A DNA stretch of 61,599 bases, the filler included, from Hausera hauseri (taxonomy: Eukaryota), in NCBI GenBank assembly GCA_046269625.1. It is 11 parts of 11 records of this genome, joined end to end, with 100 filler letters (N's around TTAATTAATTAA, not from the genome) between each part and the next. Parts side by side here need not be neighbours in the genome. Positions count along the whole stretch, not along the records: positions 9,315 to 14,346 come from JBJURY010355599.1; positions 14,447 to 21,475 come from JBJURY010042666.1; positions 21,576 to 27,794 come from JBJURY010123873.1; 8 more parts are not named here. One strand, written 5' to 3'. Below, in pieces: positions 13,936-27,467 of this stretch. The notes under the pieces are model-generated. The model was not told the DNA's origin, did no database searches, and saw only the letters and a list, made by a program, of their open reading frames with translations. Both the position numbers and the translations under genes were made by a program. Numbering within the stretch: position 1 is the first letter of the stretch; the number at the start of each line of letters is the position of its first letter.

Positions 13936-14552
13936 GAGATGCCACGCCTTCCATAAAAATACAGAATCATTTTTGGTTTGGCCAATAGATGTTCGGTCCC
14001 ATATTAAACCAATATGGGACATAATTTGGTCTGTATTTTCTTAATTTCCAATCATGTCCCTCTCTCACACACCAACACTAAAACCTACAAGTCTTCTCCT
14101 CTGTGCTGCCTGCATGTGCATCTCACGGTTAGACAAACACCTGCGGAAAAATGTCAACTACACTCAAAATTCCACTATGTCCTCAAAGTGAAGACACTGA
14201 CAAAAGTCCATTGGTGACATAAGTTGGAACAGGAACATCTTTGGCAAAACACCATCAGTGGAAATGATTACAAGACCAATTGTAAAATGAGTTGGTAAGT
14301 TTTTTATCTTTTAACCCAAAATGGTGTTTTAGACAAAATATTTTACNNNNNNNNNNNNNNNNNNNNNNNNNNNNNNNNNNNNNNNNNNNNTTAATTAATT
14401 AANNNNNNNNNNNNNNNNNNNNNNNNNNNNNNNNNNNNNNNNNNNNCTGTCCCAGTGGAGTCTAGTAGGGTGGACCGGGGTCCTCCAGTCTTGAGTGCAA
14501 TGTCTGGCCTCCTAGGAGTGATCGACTTCTCAACGTGGGGACTGTGGTCGAT

Positions 14553-14685
14553 CCTCCACCGTCAGCCAGAATTTCTTCTGTTTCCAGGGCACACTGCGAG
14601 GAAGTGGTGGGAGGTCTTGGCCAATCTGTTGTTCCTGGCCCTGACAAGGACCGCGAAGCGGCGGTCACAGCTGTCTCCGTGCCTC
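14553..14685 (-). ncRNA. HDV-like self-cleaving ribozyme at a LINE 5' end
   Basis: P1 GAGGCAC/GUGCCCU (G1-U wobble), P2 CCACC/GGUGG, P3 ACU/AGU, L3 UCCUCGC, GG for P1.1, P4 CAGAA-GAAA-UUCUG, J4/2 GCUGAC. Confidence 0.8.
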
Positions 14686-15454
14686 TCTTTTGATAAAATA
14701 AACGTCAGCCTGAAAGACTCGCACCTTTTCTTCACTCTTTTGTCGTATGACCGGTACTTTTCCGTAGTAATGATAATTCACAGTCATTGAGCGTCAGCTC
14801 TTGTTAACTTTGATGCCATTTTTTGATATTGTGAAGTTAAGGTGTGAGTTGCCATATAGAACGCTGTCTATTTGCCCTCTAGCATTGTCAGACATATTTC
14901 CTGGATTGAAAGGCAACCCATCTGGTGGGGCTCCTGTGTCTCGCTTGGGTTTGTACAGTCACTGTTATGAGTTATTAACTAGGTCATCAGCACTGCGGAG
15001 CCTGTTCAATATTGTCAGTCAATCGTGTGTATGGTCTTCAGGGAAGGTCTAGCTCATTAAGGTCTCGGATGTTTGAGTCGTTAATTAAACACATTTTTAA
15101 TTGTTTGTTCTAGCGCCGTTACATTGAATGTTGAGACTTTAAATATTGGATAGGTTTAAGTACCAAATACGCTGTTGTAACCACTCTTTATCTAAACATG
15201 AAATTGGCGTACAGACTGGGTAGAGACATCTGATAAACTAATCTAAAATTTTGTCCCTTTTGTTTTTAAAAAATAAACATTTGTCTTTGTTGTCTTTCTA
15301 CAGTATTTGTTTCAGGATAGCTTCTCGTATGGTACGAAACGCTGCGGAGCTGTCGGTTTACCTTGCAGGCGCCGATCTGACTGCTGTAGCTCAACATGCA
15401 TATCAAGGACATGTGTGAGGAAAGTAAGTGAATGATGATTGATTCATTTGTTGA

Positions 15455-15802
15455 TCGATGATCTCCACATCACAGAGCGTCAGCTCTTCTGGATGAGCTC
15501 TTATAAGGGCTGTAGTCCTAAGAATGACCGCGGAGTAGTAGCGTTGAGCTTTCCTGCTGTCCAGGTGGTTTCTACGACGGTGGACAGAGGTCATCCAGGC
15601 TTTAATGCAATGCTTGGCCTCCTACAAGTGATCTATCTCTCAACTGGGGACCATCTCGAGCCTCCGCCAGTTAGCCGTTAGGTACAGTTTCCCGGGATGA
15701 CCATGTGGACATCTGGCAGAGGATCATGGCCGACTATGGTTCGTCAGCCTCTGTGTATCAGGGTCGGCTGTGGGTTGCCGCCCACACAGAACCTCAGTCC
15801 CG
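15455..15802 (-). mobile_element. Ingi-like LINE 5' end: decayed HDV-like ribozyme plus 2A-like remnant
   Basis: Homologous to 14447-14685 and 58677-59030; J4/2 GCUAAC; downstream EELTLCDVEI resembles a decayed GDVExNPGP 2A sequence. Confidence 0.7.
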
Positions 15803-15859
15803 AAGAAAGTAAGTATAGAGCATATACAGTATATTAGGACTAGGATTAACACACTTGTC

Positions 15860-17990
15860 ATGACGTCATGCTATCTCCCAGTGATAAGAGTTTGGAAACA
15901 GAACTCGTTCTGACCAACAGCTTGAGGATCGACATGGTCCCTGGGGACTGAGGGTGCAGGAGGATTCTTGTAGTGTCCACTCTGACATCATTTTGATGCT
16001 GAAACAAGCCAGACATTGAAAAGTAGAACAGTTCAAAACGATTGCCAAAGAAGCTAAGGCTGTCATGTGGGAGGAGTTTTGTGTAAGGGTGGCATTTGAG
16101 AAATCCTTGAATACATTCTGGCGACTGCATAAGGCTATGAAAGGTTAGACTAAAGGTATAGGCATCGTTGACTTTCAGAGTGTTGATCTCACGTGGCAGA
16201 GGACGGATGAGAATAGACGTAAGGTCTTTTCACTCTTTACTTAGAGCAAATTGGGTAGAAGGACATGACGGGACTTGGTGAGATTATAGACACCATCTCA
16301 GGAATGTGCAGAGTCCAAGAAGACATCTGTGTCACTGCGGAGGAAGTGATGGCGACAATTTAACGGTAAAAAAAAAAACTCTGCACCAGGTCTTGGCGAT
16401 ATAAGACATGATGACATAAGGAAGTTGACTGACAAAGAGATGGAAGAATTGGTACGCATCTTTAACTGCAGATTCAAAAGTGGTAAAAGTTCAGTTTTAG
16501 TTAGTCGAAGGGACAACATTTCGCACACGGATATGTATCCATAAGTGTCCGTTCTCCTCCATTCTGGAGGATCTCAGCTCAGTGCGCTTACTCAGCTGCA
16601 CCGTCAAGAACCCTGTAGGATGAGTAGCTTTTTCCTAGATTTTTTTTCCCGGACAGCAACCGTTAGACCTACTGTTTTTCGATTTCCAGTTGCCAATGGA
16701 TTTTTAACGTGCACGACAATGTACACGGACATCCGATCTCACTACCCAGTGGTCAGGGGAATTTTTTACTAGAAGATCCAGGAGAAAAAAAAAACCCAGT
16801 GCTTTTACTGGAATTTGAACCCTATACTTCTAGCACTTGAGGTGGAGGTCTTACCTCGAGATCACTGAGCCCCTGCTGGACATCTGAACCAACAACTATA
16901 TGCTCAGGTTTCCCCACAAGATTCGCCTTTATCACCAGTACTGTTTTATGTGTACCCACTGAGAATTACAGGTGAGCAGATTTTGCGAACTGGAAGAACG
17001 ATGTCGTATGTGGATGGCATTCTGGTAAAACGTGAATGAACAGATCGAGAGCAGGTTGACAGTGAACTACAGTGTGAGATAGATCGCTTTGTAAGTTGAC
17101 GTGATGACTCAGGGGCACAGGTCAATCAGAGAATGGTATCGGTGGCATGGTTCTCTCTAACCACATTGTCAATACACCAACTCCTACTGTCAGTTTGTGC
17201 GGGACAGTATTGGAAAGAACAAACACTATAAAATACCTGGTGTACGCTTTGATAGAAGTTTCAAAGAGCATGTAGACCAGATCATACTGAAATCCAGAAA
17301 AGGCCTGGGAAATGCGATGAAGGTAGTGGCCAATGCTCACTGTGAACAGCGACTCCTGGTCCTTTTGTACGTTGGGCTGGTGCTCTCTGTTACTGAGTAT
17401 TCACTGGCAGTACTAACACTCAGCGAGATAAATATTCAGAGACTAGAAAATTTTCAGAATGAGGCCATTCGCATCATTCTTGGATGCACTAGAGATATAG
17501 CAACAAAGGCGATACGTTACGTGCTTGACGTTCCAACGATGGACCAAAGAGTACATATGGGTTGAGCACGTGCATCTTCGGATCAGTGCTGACAAACATC
17601 ACCCAGTGCATGAGGAATTAAGGAAAACTAAAAGCTGTAGACTAAAAAGGGGTAAATCATGAGTGGGTCGGGCAGAGGATATCATTCAACGTTGGAGGAC
17701 TTAGAGCCTCGTGAAGAAAGGGTACAGATGCCAGCAGCCTTCGAGGCTTTTTTCGCTTGACAGAGAAAGCAAACAGAAAAACCCACTTGTGTTAGACTCT
17801 GAGGTGCAGGCTTTGGTCAGTGAGAATTCAGTAGAAAGAGATATTGTCATATACACTGATGGGTCGGTGGTTGGACAGGTGCGAGGCGCCTGGGCTTTTA
17901 CAACTCAGTGTAAATGCATAAGAGAGGAGAGTGGTGCCTTTGCGGTGACTACCAACAGCATGACCATGGAAGTCATGGCTGTAATCACAA
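15860..17990 (+). mobile_element. Decayed I-group/Ingi-like LINE body (RT plus RNase H)
   Basis: PQDSPLSPVLF, KYLVY/GVRFDR, LENFQNEAIRIILG, RNase H IVIYTDGSV and MTMEVMAV; SINE inserted at ~16600-16875. Confidence 0.8.
16600..16875 (-). mobile_element. tRNA-derived SINE family X, copy 1 (possibly Nin-domain type)
   Basis: Shares TTTTAACGTGCACGACAATGTACAC..CCGATCTCACTAC core and B-box with 34985-35235 and 37770-38040. Confidence 0.8.
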
Positions 17991-18609
17991 CCTCCAGTCT
18001 ATTCCTGTCATGCCATTTGTTCAAAAGAATTATACGAGCTCGGACGTCGCCTCACACAATATTCGGGGATCAGACCCAAGTCACCAAATTATAAAACTCC
18101 TTACAGGCAAAAACATCTATATTGCATTACTACAGTAAATACTATGCTAAGAATAAAGTTGTCAATATACCAGACTACACGATGTACAAATGCCGATGTC
18201 AAACCAGTTGTCGTGGTATTATGGCTCTGGAAAGGAATGCTGTTCAAACAGAGGCTGAAAGCATTTATGCCAGTTCTGTGTTGATTAACCAAACATTGGG
18301 TATCTCCAGCGTGACGCTTTTATTTTTAGCGCGCTGGTCTTCCGTAACGAAACTGTAGGTCGTCGTCTGTCGTGAAAACTCAGAAGGATTTCAGCTCAGA
18401 TGCACGCAGCTACGTCGCACCGGCGAAGATCGTGGGTAAGTGAACTCACCAAATCAAAACCTGGCCCATTACCAAGCTTTTGATAGCTTGAAAAATACAT
18501 TCTTCCACGAAATTTGGCAGCGTTAAAAAAAAAAACATAAATGCTGATCGCTATTTTGGTGACCCGGAAAAATCGAAACAAGTGGATCTTCTTCAGTGAA
18601 ATCAGTTGC

Positions 18610-18935
18610 AGAAAAAGCTATTATACCAGGAGATTTTAATGCCCACTCCCAACACTGGAGATATCAAGATAACAAAACTACAGGCCACGCCATTTAAGAT
18701 CCAACCTCACCATCCTCCAAAATATAGACTACCCTCCAACCCTTCTCCATAAAGTAAGTGGAATATGCAGTCGGCCAAACCTAACGTTAGTGTTAGCAGG
18801 CCTTATGGAAGATACTGGAAGACATTGGAAGCGATCACCTGCCCATACTAATTACTGTCTTCCAGAATAAGAATAAAGTGAAATCCAAAAGAAAGGCGAA
18901 ATGGCGTTATGCAAGAGCAAATTGGGAAGACTTTA
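18610..18935 (+). mobile_element. LINE AP-endonuclease remnant
   Basis: GDFNAHS and DIGSDHLP motifs. Confidence 0.7.
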
Positions 18936-19049
18936 ATACTTAGTCACGTAGCATCATGCCGTAGAGGGATGAAGTGTTCGTAGTGTTGAAATGTTAGTGT
19001 AGAATTAACTGTTGCTATGGCATTATATCTGTTCTTCACAGATCCTTAT

Positions 19050-20080
19050 GGATCCTTCATTTCTTCGTCTGTTTTCAAACACTGAATATCTAATTCAATA
19101 TTTATTCTTGCTGCTGACGTAATGTTTTTTAACGTTACCCTGATTTTCTTAACAACAGGTACATGATCGCTCTCAGCATCAGCATTTGGTATTGTCTTAA
19201 CTGATAGCAGCGCATTTCTGAATCTTTTTTTAATCAGTATATAGTCAATTAAAGTAAAATCCCATAGCCTTTGCAGACCGTGTGGGTGTGAAGTGATAGT
19301 GCCCTCACATTTCTAGGCGTACGGCTTTGTGAGTAGGGACGCCACCACCTTTCTCGCCGCTTTACTTTTCACGGAGTAACCCCCGGTACCCATTTAAGGC
19401 TGGGTGAACCTGGAGCCGTTCAGGTCCGGAAAATTCGATAGGCCACTTAGATTATAATAATTATCTCCTAGGCTTTTCCATGTCCATAAACGTATTGGAT
19501 CTTGCTTAAACCATGTGTTACCTATGACCATGCCTTGTGACTCTACCCATTCAATTAACCTTCTCTATCATTTCTCTACCCTAGACCAAATTTTCCGGTT
19601 GTTTCACCATCTGATTCATCTTCCACTTTGGCATTAAAATCCCCCATCACTATAGCAACGTCTCCAGATTTACATTGTTTCATTGCTGGACCCATTTCTG
19701 CATAAAACCGTTCAATTTCTTCCTCTGAGCTATTGGCTGTTGGAGCATATGCTTGTATTAAATTTATATCTATTTGTCTACCTTTTACTTTCACCATCAC
19801 TACCCTGTTTGATATTGTTCAAAATTCTTGCATTTTCTTGGCTATTTCTTTGTCTAGAATAACAACAACTCCTCTCAACCTGTGAGGTCCCTCCTAAATA
19901 TATGATTGTGTAACTTCCTGACTGTATTTCCCCTGCTCCTGTCCATCTTACTTCACTTAGGCCCATGTCTGCAATATTCGTTCTTTCCATTTAGTTTAAT
20001 ACATTATCTCATTATCCTTTTTGCAACATTATTCCGGTGTTCCGTGTTGCAATATTAAAAGATTTGCATCCGAAATTGGG
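19050..20080 (-). mobile_element. RTE-type LINE endonuclease region, interrupted by a SINE-like insert (~19250-19445)
   Basis: GLSEVRWTGAG, QAYAPT, MGDFNAKV, ADAESDH. Confidence 0.85.
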
Positions 20081-20129
20081 AAATCGCTGAACGTATGAAA
20101 CACATAGCTTTACTGGTAGTTACTTACGT

Positions 20130-21475
20130 ATCCCTGCGACCATTTTGTGGAACATAGGTCGCTAACACGAGCTCTCCAACCTTTCCTATCCTGGGAATTT
20201 CTTTTTTGTATCTGCTTATATATTTCTGCGACAGGTATTTCGTGGTCATCCTACATTTCTGTTTCCCCGGGGATTCCAGGTTAGTGCCTGTCTAGTACAA
20301 TTTGTAGGCGGCTTTCGCAGTGTATGTACTATCTATCTCCAACGTCATCTATCAATATCTTCATCAACTGGATGTTAGTTTGTTTTCGCCATAGGTCAGT
20401 GTTGGTGATGGTGTCAGACCAGTAAACATTTAGTATCCTTCTTAAACAGGGCTGCTTTCACGTTGCTGTTGAATATACGCAATTTTCGTTTGAACTGTTA
20501 ATTGATTGGATTTCCATATGTTCTTCAGTAAGGCAAATGTTTGTCTAGCTTTTCTTATTCCTGATTTTACATCGTCTTCTGTGCCCCCTTGGCTATCAAT
20601 TATGCTGTCCAGATAAGTAAATGATTCTACATTTTCCATTATTATGCCTCCCAGTGTAATTGGGGTATTTGTAGCTGGGTTAATTTTGAGAACTTAAGTG
20701 TATTCTCTGTGTATGTTTAGTCCAATTTTGAGATTATATGTTTGCTGTTCTATTTGTTTTTTTTTTATTGTACATGAAACCCGGTCAGCAGCAAATAACG
20801 TCTCAGTGTCTCGACTCCACATAGTTGCTGAACCAATTTACCCTTTCTTTTTTTGTCCCTGAGTTGCTGTGCCTGAGAAATCCAGAGCGAGACAATGTGA
20901 CCTTTTCATTATCCAAGCAGTTTTTTCACCTCCTCCACACCAAGATACTCTGATGAATAATATAAAGACGGAGACCCACAAATGATAATAATTGTTATCT
21001 GTTGATGAGTATGAGACAGTAGTGCCAGATCGTCTGCAAAGTCGAGGTCTTCAAGCTGTGTCCAGAGAGTCCATCGTATTTTTAGTTTGCTTTGTTCAGT
21101 GGTGTTTTCATTATCCAATCGATTGTCAGCAGAAAGAGAAGCGGAGGCAGCAGGCATCCTAGTAAATCTCCATTTTTCACTTCAAAAGACTCTGTAACTG
21201 ACCTTCACTTTGCAGCTCATACCATCATATGTATTTTTTGTAATAGCGACAATTTTATTTGGCACCCCATGGTGTCGAAATAGTTTCCATAGTGTTTTCC
21301 TATCTACACTGTCAAATGCTTTTTCGTAATCAATGAAGTTAACATATAAGGTGGAATTCCATTCTAGAGACTGTTCTACAATAATGCGCAATGTTGCAAT
21401 CTGGTCTACACAGGATCTCCCTTTGCGGAAGCCTGCTTGTTGATCTCGGAGTTGTGTATCAACTGCGTCCCTTAT
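20130..21475 (-). mobile_element. RTE/BovB-type LINE RT region, decayed
   Basis: QQAGFR, FIDYEKAFDSVDR, LEDLDFADDLALL, VESFTYLDS. Confidence 0.88.
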
Positions 21476-22989
21476 NNNNNNNNNNNNNNNNNNNNNNNNN
21501 NNNNNNNNNNNNNNNNNNNTTAATTAATTAANNNNNNNNNNNNNNNNNNNNNNNNNNNNNNNNNNNNNNNNNNNNATTCACGAAAACAAGCATAGCAAAA
21601 TAATATATGTGATTAAATACGGTCAATCAACTTTTTCATTACAATACAAAGCGAAGCAGAAAATACAAGTCCAATGAGAAAATTAATCCTCTGTCGTTGT
21701 TGTTGTTTTTGTCTCATTTTATCCTCGATACGTTTTACGAATAGCGATTTGACTATCAATTCAATATACTTTCGCCTGCTCATTATTATCGTTTCTGTGA
21801 GCTCACATAAAATCTGTACATCAAACACATGTCCGGTCAAAATGTCATCGGTCAATCTCTGATTTTCACTTTCAATATACTCTTCCATTTAATTTAGTGT
21901 ACTATTATTGATAAACGTCTATAGCCGATTTAGGCCACGTCTGAGACTGCAGTAAGGGGAATTAGTTATGGTATATTGTAGTTAAATTTTTTTATTTATA
22001 ATTAATACAATTTTATTTGTTTTTAGTTTAATTTGTTTAACATTCAGAAATGTTCGCAATATCCCATGTATTACGTCTCCCGCATACATGAGAGTAAACA
22101 ATGCCAAATATTATTTAGTGGCCAACGACTCATACCTGTGTCCCGTGTTTTATTCAAAACACGCCCATACGCCGACCTTTATGAGATGCACAAGCATCAT
22201 CTCGGTCCGTTCACGCGGTCCAAGAAGATGATGGTTGTGCATTTCCTCACATACCCACGTTACTGTACAAATAAAGTGCATGACGTTGGTGCTTGCCATA
22301 GTGCAATGGAGCAATACTATGGCACCACAACGGTTCACAGTAAACAGGCCTACGTATATCCCGGTTGTTCTATAGCTGATGATCAAATCAACTATGATTA
22401 ATCTAATAATCAGCACCATGACTATTTAAACCAGTTAGGCAGTCGAAAAAATCAGCAAAAGCAACAGCAGCAGCAGCAGTATTCCATCAACAAGTAGGAA
22501 ATGTCAAGCGTCAACAAGCCTTGACGAATACTTGCAAAACAACAGAAATCAAAAACAGCAGAAGGAGCATCAGGAACAGGAGCAACAGGGGGAGGAACCA
22601 CGCATTACTGTCATGTACGATCTGAAAAAATATAAAAGTTAACATGTTAGCGACAACAACAACAACAACAACAACGCAATTGAGACATGTTCCATCCATT
22701 GTGCGAAACAGGTTGGAATCTGAAGTGGACAAATTCCAACACCACCACAACTGCAAAGTGCAGTATTATGCACTTGCAGAATTCGAAAACGTGCAAGGCG
22801 ACAGGAAACAATGGTACCTATCACATTGAGCTGTACCATATACCGAATATTTTATCGCTGAGATTGGCGAAAAGCTCAAGGAGGAAATCGCCAACTACAC
22901 GGAAAAGGGTAGTGGATGGCGAATTGTAAAGACTGTCACTCTCGGCTTTATCATTGCAAAGTCGAGTGACATGATTTACTTGTCGGGGA

Positions 22990-24870
22990 GATCATTCATA
23001 CCGACACTTGCAGCCCTAAAGCATTCTAAAACTGTAGTCAATGTAGAAAATAATAGCGACGAATACTGTTTTCCTTACAGTATTTTAGCCATAATAAAAT
23101 ATGACAAAGTGCCCTGAAATCGTTCAAAACAATATCGTCAGTATTTTTCCGAATTGGACTTTGATGAAAGCTGGATGCCGATGAAACTCAAAACCATTCC
23201 GACTTTCGAAGTGCGTAATCCGACACTGTCAATCAACGTTTTCCGGTAAAACTCAGTAATAGAAATACCGGCAGATGAGGAAATTTATAAGAATCCTCAC
23301 GTGGACATAATCTATCGAAGTCGGAACTCGAATGGACATCCAATATACCTGTTGCTGTTGGAGCAGGCAGAAAAATTTCATTACATGGCCGTAACAAATC
23401 TTGACAGACTGCTGAACATGGACCTGTTAATCCAAAAACAAATACTCCGCAAATGGTGCCCTATATGTTTGCATGGCTTCAGATCAGAAGCGACATGGGA
23501 AAAACACGTGGCGCTAAGCAGGCGAAACGTATCGGGAACAACAATGTACGTCGTGCCCGTCAAAAAGGAGCTGAGATTCAGTGACTGGTCGAAAACGGAA
23601 AGTCTGGCATATGTGGTCTATGCCGATATTGAAGCAATTATACCGTGGCACAACGTATACGACCAAAAGCACATTCCAATCGCCGTCGGTATGTTGCTAG
23701 TACCAATAAAAGCCATGGGACAACCGCAGTATTACGTTTTCCACGATTGTGTACGTGATTTCGTGTACTATTTGGAGGTAATAGTTGAGTCGGAAATCGC
23801 AATGGAAGCGGAAATCGCACCGTGATACAGTAACAACAGTACTAATCCTTTGATCTGGACAAAAACGAACGCCTTACGTTTGCAGTCACAGATAAATGCT
23901 ATCTGTGTCACAAAATATTACCATTCGATAAACAGGAACGGCTCGTACCTGATCACGACCACTTTACCGGACGATACCTGGGAGCAGCATGCAATTCATG
24001 CACTTTAGAACGGCGTGTGACCATTCTTGCCGGTAATATTTCATAATTTGAGGGGTTATGATTGTCACCATATTCTTAAATGGGCCATTAATGGATTTCC
24101 ACACTGGGAACTGTCCATAATCCCAACAACGATGGAGAAATACCTGTCTCTGTCGGCACGCATAAACCGGTCCCAGGTACCATTCCTTGACTCATTACAG
24201 TTCCTCAATGAGTCTCTAGGAAAGCTCGTAAGTGCCTTGCAGGATGTGCGGTTAACATCAATGCAGTTTACAATGCATACTCACGTAGCAAAGGCATATT
24301 CCCGTATGACTTTGCAGTATCGTACAAGCGGATTCAGACAACAAAGTAATTACCGACACAGTGGCCCAGTGTAACAAAAGATGAATATCGCAGAGCACAG
24401 GAATCTTGATCAGAGCTCGGCTGCAGAAGCCTATTGGATTACATGCGCCACTTACTGAAACTGGATGTGTACTTGCTGGCCAACGTGTTTCACAGCTGCA
24501 TCGCGCAATCAAATTCAGTCAGGCGCGATATTCAAGGCATATATTGACGGAAATTCAGAAAAACTAGCCGCAGCTTGTACAAAGTTCAAAAAGGATTAAA
24601 AGTTGAAAAATAATTCTCTCTACGGCAAAACAGCAGAGAACCTCAAAAAGCGGCTCAATGTGCGCCTATGTAACAACGAAAAGCGGTTGGTTACGTACAC
24701 TAGGAAGACTCAGTTCAGGCGGTCAATGCACATTGCCGATGGATTGACCTCCGTGCTGTTAAACACGGAAGAAGTCGTACTGGACCGACCAAGCTATATC
24801 GGACAAGTGGTATTGGACCTGAACAATTTGCGGTTGTATGAGCTGCAGTATCGCGACTTGGCATGTTACT
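22990..24870 (+). pseudogene. pPolB copy 1 (N-terminus, exonuclease, internal deletion, motif B)
   Basis: VVYADIE, DHDHFTGRYLGAACNSC, PVIFHNLRGYD, FLDSLQFLNESL, KNNSLYGKTAENL. Confidence 0.9.
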
Positions 24871-25519
24871 GGCCACGTTACGTTCTATTGTTTTTGACAC
24901 CTAATTAAAGTAATAGCGTTTAAGAATTAGCTTAGTGGCTATTAGGGCATAAAGTTCAAGAGTAGGGTATAAAGTAGGTAGATAGGAACGCACAGCAACA
25001 ACCCCCCTGGGAAGAAAAATTTTCCAACGGTTGGTGATTGGCTGTTGGAAGAAAGAAAAAAATTTTCCTAAACATAGTCACTGTTCTGATTGGTTAAACG
25101 GGAAAGGAAACTTTTTCTTCTACCAATATTTCGGAGAACAAAGAACGACCACTGTGGAAGTAAAATGGAGGCCATAAAAACATTTGTTATTTCTTTCAGT
25201 TATAATTTTTTCTTATAAATTTTTTCTGTTAATAAATTTTATAAAATTTATTTTTATTGCTTATAAATTTTTCTTTGCTATAATTTTTTATTATAAATTT
25301 TTGTTTGTAAAAGTTTTTATACATTTTCTTATACATTTTACTTGTTATGACTTTTTCTTAAATTTTTCTTTGTAAGTAATTTTTCTTATAAGTAAAAAAT
25401 TATATATATATATATATACAAGAACAACAATAACAATAAAACTATGTACAGTAGTGCCCAATCGCCACACTTTTATTCTTTTCTACCCACACCCTCTTAT
25501 CATCAAATGGGTCGAGAGC

Positions 25520-25815
25520 ACTCTTTAGATGAAATGGTCATTAATTGGTGGTTTTTGCTGCTAATTCGTTCTTGTTCAACGATGGTTCTACTGCCTGTTT
25601 CATAGGCTTATAGGTAGTTATTAAATTCTAAATCTGTTTGTTTCAGATTTATTCCCTTGCATTTCAGTACTGCCTTTTCCTGGGTCTTCAAAGCATACGA
25701 TTTTGGCCTTAAGAAAACCCCCTCTTGATAATCTACAATACCCTTGCTCTCATCTTTAAATTTTCCTATAACAGCTGAGAATCCAGAATAGAGAGGGTTG
25801 TTTACATCGTAGTTT
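25520..25815 (-). pseudogene. Inverted pPolB C-terminal fragment
   Basis: SNYDVNNPLYS..VIGKFKDESKG..FLRPKSYA..KCKGI. Confidence 0.82.
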
Positions 25816-25819
25816 GATG

Positions 25820-26845
25820 TTAAATTTCTCAATGAATCATTGGCGAAGCTGGTAAATGCCTTGCCGGATGTGCCGATAACCGCAACGCAGGTCCCCACAC
25901 ATATTGCACGCACCAAAGGCATATTTCCATATGACTTGGCAACATCATATGAGCGACTACGGATATCAAAGGAATTACCGCCGCGATGGAAAAGCATCAC
26001 AGATGAATATCGGAGAGCACAAGAATCTCGGACAAAACTGGGCTGTAAAAACATGTTGGAGTACATGCTCCAGTATCTCAAACTGGACGTGTACTTATTA
26101 GCCGATGTGTTCCAGGCGTTTCGAGCAAAAGCGTTGGCGGAAGATGGGCTGGAGCTACTCAACTTTTACTCAATACCCGGAATGAATTGGGCATCAGCTC
26201 TGATGTCACGGGATCGGGATATCGAACTATTGCAAGACCCGGAAATGTACAGAATGTTTGATGTTGGTAGTCGTGGCGGTATGACATTTGTCAACAAGCA
26301 TCACGTAACCAGTGATGACACCACATCACTGTTGTATATCGACATTAATAACCAGTACGGCTAGGCGCTTTCACAACCCTTGTCGTACGGTTCATTCAAA
26401 TGGGTAGTTGACAAGCAGGACCTGGACACAATACTGGAAAATCTGTCGAGAGCAGATACGACAACACCAGAAAACAGCTCAATCGGATACCCGATGGAGG
26501 TCGATGTCGTGGTACCAGATGAGCTGTATGACCTGGATGAACTGCTGGTCGCACTAATCAGCCAATGTACGCCGAGCTGGAAGGTGAAGAAGCTGCTTAT
26601 GACGCATGAACCCAAGCAAAATTACATAGTTTAGTGGCGTCTGTTGCAATTTTACATTCAGCTGGGTGTACGAGTCACACAGCAGCATCGCGCAATCCGA
26701 TTTACTCAAGCTCCCATATTCAAGGCGTACATAGATGGAAATTCGGAGAAACAAGCCGCAGCTTGTACAAAGTTCGAAAAGGACTACTACATGCTGAAAA
26801 AGAATTCTCTGTACGGAAAAACAGTGGAGAATCTGAAAAAGAATG
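25820..26845 (+). pseudogene. pPolB copy 2 (exonuclease III to polymerase motifs A/B)
   Basis: KGIFPYD, YLKLDVYLLADVF, RGGMTFV, LLYIDINNQYG, KKNSLYGKTVENL; overlaps copy 1 in content. Confidence 0.88.
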
Positions 26846-27037
26846 AAGAATTTCCGAAAAACGATTGGTAAACGTAAACCTACCACGCGGATATCCGGCA
26901 AGAAACGTGTATCAAAACGAACCGCTACAGTCAAGCAATTAATCAATTCTGTGCTTCGAACAACTAGACGCAAATTATCGTCACAGTGGCAACGGTTATA
27001 AACAACTACGTCGCATCAGCATCAATACGTCAAAAAA

Positions 27038-27347
27038 ATGCAACTGAAACGTAGTCAGCTGTACTTTATTGCTTTGCTCAAGGTACCTACGAGACATAAG
27101 CGAAACAGGCTGCGATCATTCCCGCAATTTGTAGTGGATGATGTGATGGAAATTTTGTACAATATCGTTGTGTCACGTTGATACTGGTAGTGGGAAGCGG
27201 AATTTACTAAAGTATCGAAAACTACTCATTGGCCTTGCCACCGCCCGTAGTAAACGACTGAAACGAGAGGTCATGCACCTGCAAGACGGCGGATTCCTTG
27301 ATTCAATTCTACCGTTTGTCACGTCATTACTGGGTGGACTCTGGTAG
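27038..27347 (+). pseudogene. Small basic Polinton protein ending in QDGGFLDSILPFVTSLLGGLW (adenovirus pX-like), one frameshift
   Basis: Manual translation; GG|FL followed by an amphipathic tail. Confidence 0.6.
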
Positions 27348-27467
27348 AACAGTTTAGTATAAACAATGACAGTAAGTATATGGCGATTTGAGACACGAGT
27401 GCATGGTTTTCATTTTTCTGTCCCAATTTACCAAATCTTTCATTTACGTTTCGTTAAAATTGTTGTA

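Noticed and set aside
14447-14700. R2-type endonuclease (RH..RPDI in minus translation)
   Set aside because: Better explained as a structured ribozyme UTR shared with two other copies; the peptide is not conserved between them.
21613-22401. Small ORFs beside the Polinton
   Set aside because: No recognisable motifs; cannot be assigned.
25608-26162. 184-aa minus ORF as a gene
   Set aside because: Chimera of antisense PolB and an inverted PolB fragment.
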